64,000 nucleotides of DNA, from contig CBDCRP010000003.1 in the NCBI GenBank assembly GCA_965221165.1, forward strand, positions 1,504,001 to 1,568,000. Reading direction: 5' to 3'. Below, one piece after another: positions 59,058-64,000 of this stretch. Below the pieces are notes generated by a model. It did no database searches. It was given only the letters and a program-made list of their open reading frames with translations, and was not told the DNA's origin. Position 1 is the first letter of the stretch. Each line of letters opens with the position of its first letter. The stretch comes from a bacterium. Lineage in GTDB: Bacteria > UBA8248. Made by a program: the position numbers and the translations under genes.

Positions 59058-59103
59058 CGCGTGGGTGGACGAGGAGAGGCTCCGAATCGGCCCCCAAAGC
59101 GCG

Positions 59104-59202
59104 CCGGCCGAAGCCGAGGAACGCCACTACGCTATGCTGGAGCAGTCAGCCATGGCGGCGTGACTCAAACAAAATGGCCTCCGCCAAACCCGGCGCGGTT
59201 CA
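59104..59202 (+). mobile_element. 3' end of an IS3-family (IS51-like group) element with right IR
   Basis: Transposase C-terminus PAEAEERHYAMLEQSAMAA* followed by GGCCTCCGCCAAACCCGGCGCGGTTCA. Confidence 0.8.
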
Positions 59203-59289
59203 GCGTGACAGCGATGTTTTCTGTTACAAATCTATGGTATAAAGAATCCCGGAACTTCTACTAGTTTAAGATAAGAAAGAGAACAGCCA

Positions 59290-60441
59290 ATGCTGACTGT
59301 CATCAAGCCTGTGAATACCGTAAAGCTGGCCATTGCAGGGGTTGGAAATTGTGCGAGCTCGTTGGTTCAGGGCATTGCGCATTACAGGAAGGGCCGCGTC
59401 GAGGTCCTGCCCGGTCTGATGCACCCCTGTATCGGGGGCTGGGGCCCGGGTGATCTGGAGGTCGTGGCCGCCTTTGACGTCGACCGCCGAAAGGTCGGGC
59501 GACCCCTGGAGGAGGCGATCTTCGCCAAGCCCAATTGCACGATGGTCTTCGAGGATGAGCTTCCCTCATCGGGCGTCGTGGTCCAGATGGGACCCGTTCT
59601 CGACGGCGTTGCGCCACACATGGCGGATTATCCCGATGACGAGGCATTCCGTCCGGCCGATGCCGATCCGGTTGATATCGCAGATGTCTTTAAGCGAACC
59701 GGCGCGGAGGTGCTGGTCTGCTACCTGCCGGTCGGCTCGGAGCAGGCGGCGCTGCATTACGCCCAGGCCTGCCTCGACACGGGCGTTGCCATGGTGAACT
59801 GCATACCCGTGTTCATCGCCTCAAATCCCAGCTGGGCGGAGAAGTTCAAGATCGCTGGGGTGCCAATCGTGGGCGACGACATCAAGAGCCAAGTCGGCGC
59901 CACGATCGCACATCGGCTCTTGACACGTCTGTTCGGCGACCGCGGTTACACCCTGGACCGCACCTATCAACTGAACACCGGCGGCAACACCGACTTCCTC
60001 AACATGAAGGCCCTGGACCGGCTGACATCGAAGAAGGTGTCCAAGACGGAATCCGTTCAATCGCAACTCGATGTGCGCCTCGGCGGGCGCGACATCCATA
60101 TCGGCCCGTCAGACTACGTGCCCTGGCAAGGCGACAACAAAGTCGCCTTTATCCGCATGGAAGGACGCGGGTTCGGCAGCGCTCCCATCGAGATCGAGAT
60201 GCGCCTCTCGGTCCAGGATTCGCCCAACAGCGCCGGCGTCGTCATCGACGCCGTCCGCTGCGCCAGGCTCGGCATGGTGCGGGGTATGGCGGGTCCGCTG
60301 GAAGCGCCGTCTTCCTATTACATGAAATCGCCGCCGGTCCAGATGCGCGATTCCGTCGCCCGCGACTTGTGTGACGCGTTCATCGAAGAAGGGCGCGCCG
60401 AAGCACCGGCGGCCCGAATCGTGAAGTCGGCGGCGGAGTAG
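59290..60441 (+). CDS. ino1: myo-inositol-1-phosphate synthase
   Basis: GVGNCASSLVQG, YLPVGS, NCIPVFIAS, GDDIKSQ.GAT..HR, LN.GGN.DFLNM, SKK.SKT, DSPNSAG, YYMKSPP. Confidence 0.95.
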   Translation: MLTVIKPVNTVKLAIAGVGNCASSLVQGIAHYRKGRVEVLPGLMHPCIGGWGPGDLEVVAAFDVDRRKVGRPLEEAIFAKPNCTMVFEDELPSSGVVVQMGPVLDGVAPHMADYPDDEAFRPADADPVDIADVFKRTGAEVLVCYLPVGSEQAALHYAQACLDTGVAMVNCIPVFIASNPSWAEKFKIAGVPIVGDDIKSQVGATIAHRLLTRLFGDRGYTLDRTYQLNTGGNTDFLNMKALDRLTSKKVSKTESVQSQLDVRLGGRDIHIGPSDYVPWQGDNKVAFIRMEGRGFGSAPIEIEMRLSVQDSPNSAGVVIDAVRCARLGMVRGMAGPLEAPSSYYMKSPPVQMRDSVARDLCDAFIEEGRAEAPAARIVKSAAE

Positions 60442-60477
60442 ACGCGTGTTCCAACCACGGTGGGGGAGCCTGGTGAC

Positions 60478-61272
60478 ATGACCGGAGAGGAGGCGAGCGC
60501 CGGCATGTCCGGGCATTTCGCCAGGGTGGCGGAGGTCTACGGCACGGTCCGGACCACCGATCGGGACCCGGTCCACTATATTCGCGATGCCCTGGCCGAT
60601 CGGGCAAACGTGCGCGCGGCCGATATCGGATGCGGCGACGGGCGCTACGACAGGCTGCTGTTCGACCATATACCCAACCTGCACCTCGTCTGCGTGGATT
60701 CCAGCGCGCCGATGCTGGAACGCCTCTTCGATTGCCTCGCTGAGGCGCGCATCGACAATTTCGTGACCCGGTTGTCCGGCGTCAACGACTTGGCGCTCGA
60801 GGACGATTCCCTGGACGCCATCCTCACCTTCAATGCGGTGCACCATTTCAACGTTCCCGCCTTTCTGGCCAAAGCCCGGCGCGCGCTCAGAGACGACGGC
60901 CGCCTGTTCATCTATACACGCACGCCCGAACAGAACGCGGGCACCCTATGGGGGCGTTTCTTCCCGCGCTTCACCGAGAAGGAATCGCGGCTCCACACTA
61001 TCAAAAGCATGGAAGCATGGATCGCCGGGACACCCGGCCTCGAAATGGTCGAGGCGAGAGTGTTTAGATATGCCCGGACGGCAAGCCTGGACCGCCTGTT
61101 CGAACAAATGCGGAGCCGGCACTACTCGACCTTTTCGCTCTATGACGAGCGGGAGTTCGAGGAAGCATGTCGTGGTTTCGACGAACGAATCCGCGACGCG
61201 TTCGATGATCTCGAGGCCATTCGATGGTACGACGAGAACATCATGCTGCACCTGGTTAGAATCGAGGTCTGA
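60478..61272 (+). CDS. Class I SAM-dependent methyltransferase
   Basis: ADIGCGDGRY, VDSS..ML, NAVHHF, L..DGRL; directly downstream of ino1. Confidence 0.88.
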   Translation: MTGEEASAGMSGHFARVAEVYGTVRTTDRDPVHYIRDALADRANVRAADIGCGDGRYDRLLFDHIPNLHLVCVDSSAPMLERLFDCLAEARIDNFVTRLSGVNDLALEDDSLDAILTFNAVHHFNVPAFLAKARRALRDDGRLFIYTRTPEQNAGTLWGRFFPRFTEKESRLHTIKSMEAWIAGTPGLEMVEARVFRYARTASLDRLFEQMRSRHYSTFSLYDEREFEEACRGFDERIRDAFDDLEAIRWYDENIMLHLVRIEV

Positions 61273-61296
61273 CCGGCCCCTGTCCGGGACACGGCT

Positions 61297-62757
61297 CGCC
61301 GCCTCGGTGGCCCCCATGGTGAGCGGCACCAGCCAGCACGGCCATCCGTTCAGCCTAGTCGAGATGAGCCACTTCGCCGCGGGGGGCGGTGCCCTGACCC
61401 ACAAGGACGGACAGGACAGCGCCGGGATGTACTTCACCACCACCCCCCTCATCTCCAACATCGAGACCACCGAGCAGTTCTACCCCGTCCTCTACCTCTT
61501 CCGACGGAATCTCCCGGATACCGGGGGGGCGGGCATGTACCGGGGCGGGTGCGCGGGCGAGATCGCCTTCATCCCGCACGACATGCAGAAGGAGTTCCAC
61601 GAAACCGTTCTCATCGGAACCGGTCACGAGATGCCCAACTCGATCGGGCTGTGGGGTGGATTTCCCGGCGGTACCGGACGCCACATTCTCATACGCGGCT
61701 CGGACGTTCTGGACCGAATCGCGAAGAAAGCGCCCCTTCCCGCCACCCTGGAGGAAATGGGGGGCGAGCAGGTGGTCTTTCCGCCCAAGGCGCCCCGGAC
61801 GCCCTTCTACCCGGGCGAGATCTGGTACTCGAACTGGCAGGGGGCGGGCGGATACGGTGACCCCCTGGACCGCGACCCCGAGGCGGTGCATGCCGACCTG
61901 TCGGCGGGGCTCGTCACCCGCGCCTGCGCCGAAGAGATCTACGGCGTGGCCCTGGATCCAGACGGGCGGGCGGACCATCCGGCCACTTCCGCCCTTCGGG
62001 AGCGCCATCGGGAGGCGCGGCGCGCGCGGGCGGGAGGCGGCTCCGTCCGCCCGGGCGACCCCCCGGCCCTTGCGGGAAGAGGGCTTCGGGCGAACGAGTA
62101 CGTTGTCTGGGACGATGCGAATGGTGAACTCGCCTGCCGCAAATGCGGCTTCGGCTTCGGCCCCATGGACGCGGATCCCAAAGAGCGCGCCCTCTGCGAG
62201 GACGCTCCCCTCGCGGTCGGAGGGCCGATCATGGGGCAGCTCTATGACCGGGGGCGGTTCGTCTTTCGGCTCTATTATTGTCCCGGCTGCGTTTCGCTCC
62301 TGGAGTGCGAGGTTCTCCGGAAGGGGGACCCACCCGTCTGGGGCAGGCTCTCGGCGACCCGGCCCTGGCCGGGGAGAAAGAAGGTCTGAGGTCGAATGGG
62401 AAAAAGAAGCGACACTTCTTTTTTTTCGGTCCATCGAGAGACCCTTGTTGACGTTGATGAAGAAACGGTTCCTGACACCGTTTCTTGCTACCGGTCGAAT
62501 TCGCCTCGTTCAGCGGCCTTTCATTCTCTGCTCGGCTCGTATTCTTCGTTCCTTCCAGACTTCGTCCAAACCTCGTTCATCCAGTTTAATCCATTTTATA
62601 TCAATTGGTTGAGCCGAATTATCCACCTCCGGCAGGTAACCCGCGACAGGGCCGGGGACGGCGCCCGGCCGCAGTGTCAGGAACCAGACAACGGACTGTC
62701 AAGAGGGCTGCTCAGCTCAAAAATGCTCCCGGATTCGGCAGCAATGTGAGAAAACAA
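61297..62757 (+). repeat. 1461-bp direct repeat, copy 2 (contains 5'-truncated hyuB, 61297-62389)
   Basis: Begins 24 bp after the methyltransferase stop; matches 57436-58896. Confidence 0.95.
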
Positions 62758-62877
62758 TGTCTCGATTCGCAATTATTTTTGTTTCCCCACACTGGCGCCG
62801 CCGGCGAGATCGCCTCACCGGCTCAAGGCGTCACTTGTTACGAGCGAGGCTGCCGCCCCGATAACGCTCCGCCTTCG

Positions 62878-63822
62878 TCACTCCGTGAAGGACTGGTGGG
62901 TCTTCATCACGTTGTAGCTGTGAAGGTCCCGGAAAAAGCCGATCCGCGGGTGATCCTCGGGCGGGGAGTAGGGCCTGTCGAGAGCGAACGGGATCCGCTC
63001 CATCGCCTCGGCGAGCGTCCATCCGGCGCTGACGGCCCCGCGAACAGACTGGGTCACGTCGCTCAGGTATTGCATGTACCCGCCCAGGAGCTCCGGCCCC
63101 GAAATGGGGTTGTGGGCGGGTATGAGGGTTTCGACCTCGAGCGTCTGGGCGAGGCGCGCGATCGAGTTCATGTAGGTCGGCGCGTCGCTCTCCAGGGGGA
63201 CGATGAGGTTTCCGCCCGTCATGTTGCCCGTCCAGGCGGCCTTCGCCTCGGGAACGTAGGTGATGGTGTCGCCGGGGGTGTTCGCCGGGCCGAAATAGTG
63301 CAGCTCCACCACCTTTCCCCCCAGGTCGATCCGCAGGTAGTCGTCGAAGACGACGTCGGGGCGGCGCAACTCCACCTCCTCTAAAATCTTCGGGTCGTTC
63401 CCCACGCAGGGCAGCATGAAGCGCCTCTCCTCCTCGTGATAGGGAACGAGGTCCGCCGTCCGGCGGTGCTGGATGATCACCGTCTCGGCCGGAAACGCGC
63501 AGTTCCCGAAGGTATGGTCCCCGTGGTAGTTGGAGTTGACGAGGTAGCGGATGGGCTTATCGGTCACTTCGCGCACCCGTTCCTGAATCTGGCGCCCCAT
63601 GGCCGGGTTGATGTGGGCGTCGACCACCAGCACGTCTCTATCACCCACGACGAAGCCGACGTTGTCCACGTTGGGGACGGAGGAAAGAAGCGCGTACACC
63701 CCCGGAGAGAGCTCCTTCGCGTCCAGCCGCGCCCCCGTCGGGTCGAGGAAGAAGGGAGTGAATCCCTCCGGAAAATCCGCCCACTCCAGACATTTCCAAC
63801 CATCCTTCGCAGAAGCGTTCAT
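62878..63822 (-). CDS. MBL-fold metallo-hydrolase (cyclase-like) with altered metal ligands
   Basis: NVGFVVG...LVVD, NSNYHGDH.FGN, GPANTPGD, WTGN, IPAH; AAGGAG RBS. Confidence 0.85.
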   Translation of the reverse strand: MNASAKDGWKCLEWADFPEGFTPFFLDPTGARLDAKELSPGVYALLSSVPNVDNVGFVVGDRDVLVVDAHINPAMGRQIQERVREVTDKPIRYLVNSNYHGDHTFGNCAFPAETVIIQHRRTADLVPYHEEERRFMLPCVGNDPKILEEVELRRPDVVFDDYLRIDLGGKVVELHYFGPANTPGDTITYVPEAKAAWTGNMTGGNLIVPLESDAPTYMNSIARLAQTLEVETLIPAHNPISGPELLGGYMQYLSDVTQSVRGAVSAGWTLAEAMERIPFALDRPYSPPEDHPRIGFFRDLHSYNVMKTHQSFTE

Positions 63823-63866
63823 CTCGGACTCCTTTCAGCTATCGGCTGGTATGCGCGCCTCACCAC

Positions 63867-63994
63867 TGTAGCTGGACAAAATAATTGCAAAAGGCCTAAA
63901 AATCAACTTTTTACAGGCCATTCGCAATTATTTTTGTTTGACTACAAACAGGCGGTTTTTCCAAGCCATTCGCAATTATTTTTGTTCGGCTACA
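63867..63994. mobile_element. Miniature element built from TGTAG..ACAAAA(A)TAATTGC terminal repeats
   Basis: 63867-63946 is an 80-bp imperfect palindrome; its right arm is repeated 48 bp later (63965-63994); half copies at 58897-58917 and 62765-62791. Confidence 0.65.
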
Positions 63995-64000
63995 GCGGCG

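Noticed and set aside
60833-62389. 518-aa ORF as a second full hydantoinase B
   Set aside because: The N-terminus is an off-frame overlap of the methyltransferase; the homology starts only at the duplication junction (61297).
63917-63994. 30-bp direct repeat pair as the start of a CRISPR array
   Set aside because: The spacer is only 18 bp, inverted and dispersed copies exist, and no cas genes are present; it cannot be fully excluded because the window ends here.

Overview
GC-rich Gram-negative bacterial chromosomal window (kdsD implies Kdo/LPS; taxon not determinable from the sequence alone). Housekeeping islands are polA (5' part), kdsD, yebC-ruvCAB-DUF2905, nfuA, a ychF-like gene, ppk2 and arfB. 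They are interleaved with catabolic clusters: (i) a split B12 acyl-CoA mutase with non-canonical substrate residues plus family III CoA-transferase, HAD, crotonase and a 3-sulfinopropionyl-CoA desulfinase-like enzyme; (ii) a FadR/GntR-headed run with M24 peptidase, IPMS/HCS-like enzyme, maleate-isomerase-like protein, alpha/beta hydrolase, Zn-ADH and two paralogous bicupins; (iii) an AmgK/GNAT/MshA-like/PIG-L/NagZ operon; (iv) a hydantoinase/oxoprolinase pair whose B subunit carries an acetone-carboxylase gamma-like tail. Intergenic DNA is dense in GTAG-type REP palindromes of many stem variants, other palindromic elements, solitary AT-richer genes and gene scraps. The last 10 kb is a rearrangement hotspot. 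A 1461-bp duplication plus a 46-bp hyuA-derived arm bracket an ino1 + methyltransferase cargo. An in-frame mosaic of sixA, hyuA and IS3 fragments and five copies of a TGTAG..ACAAAAATAATTGC transposon-end-like motif mark the junctions. No rRNA, tRNA, CRISPR array or intact transposase was seen.
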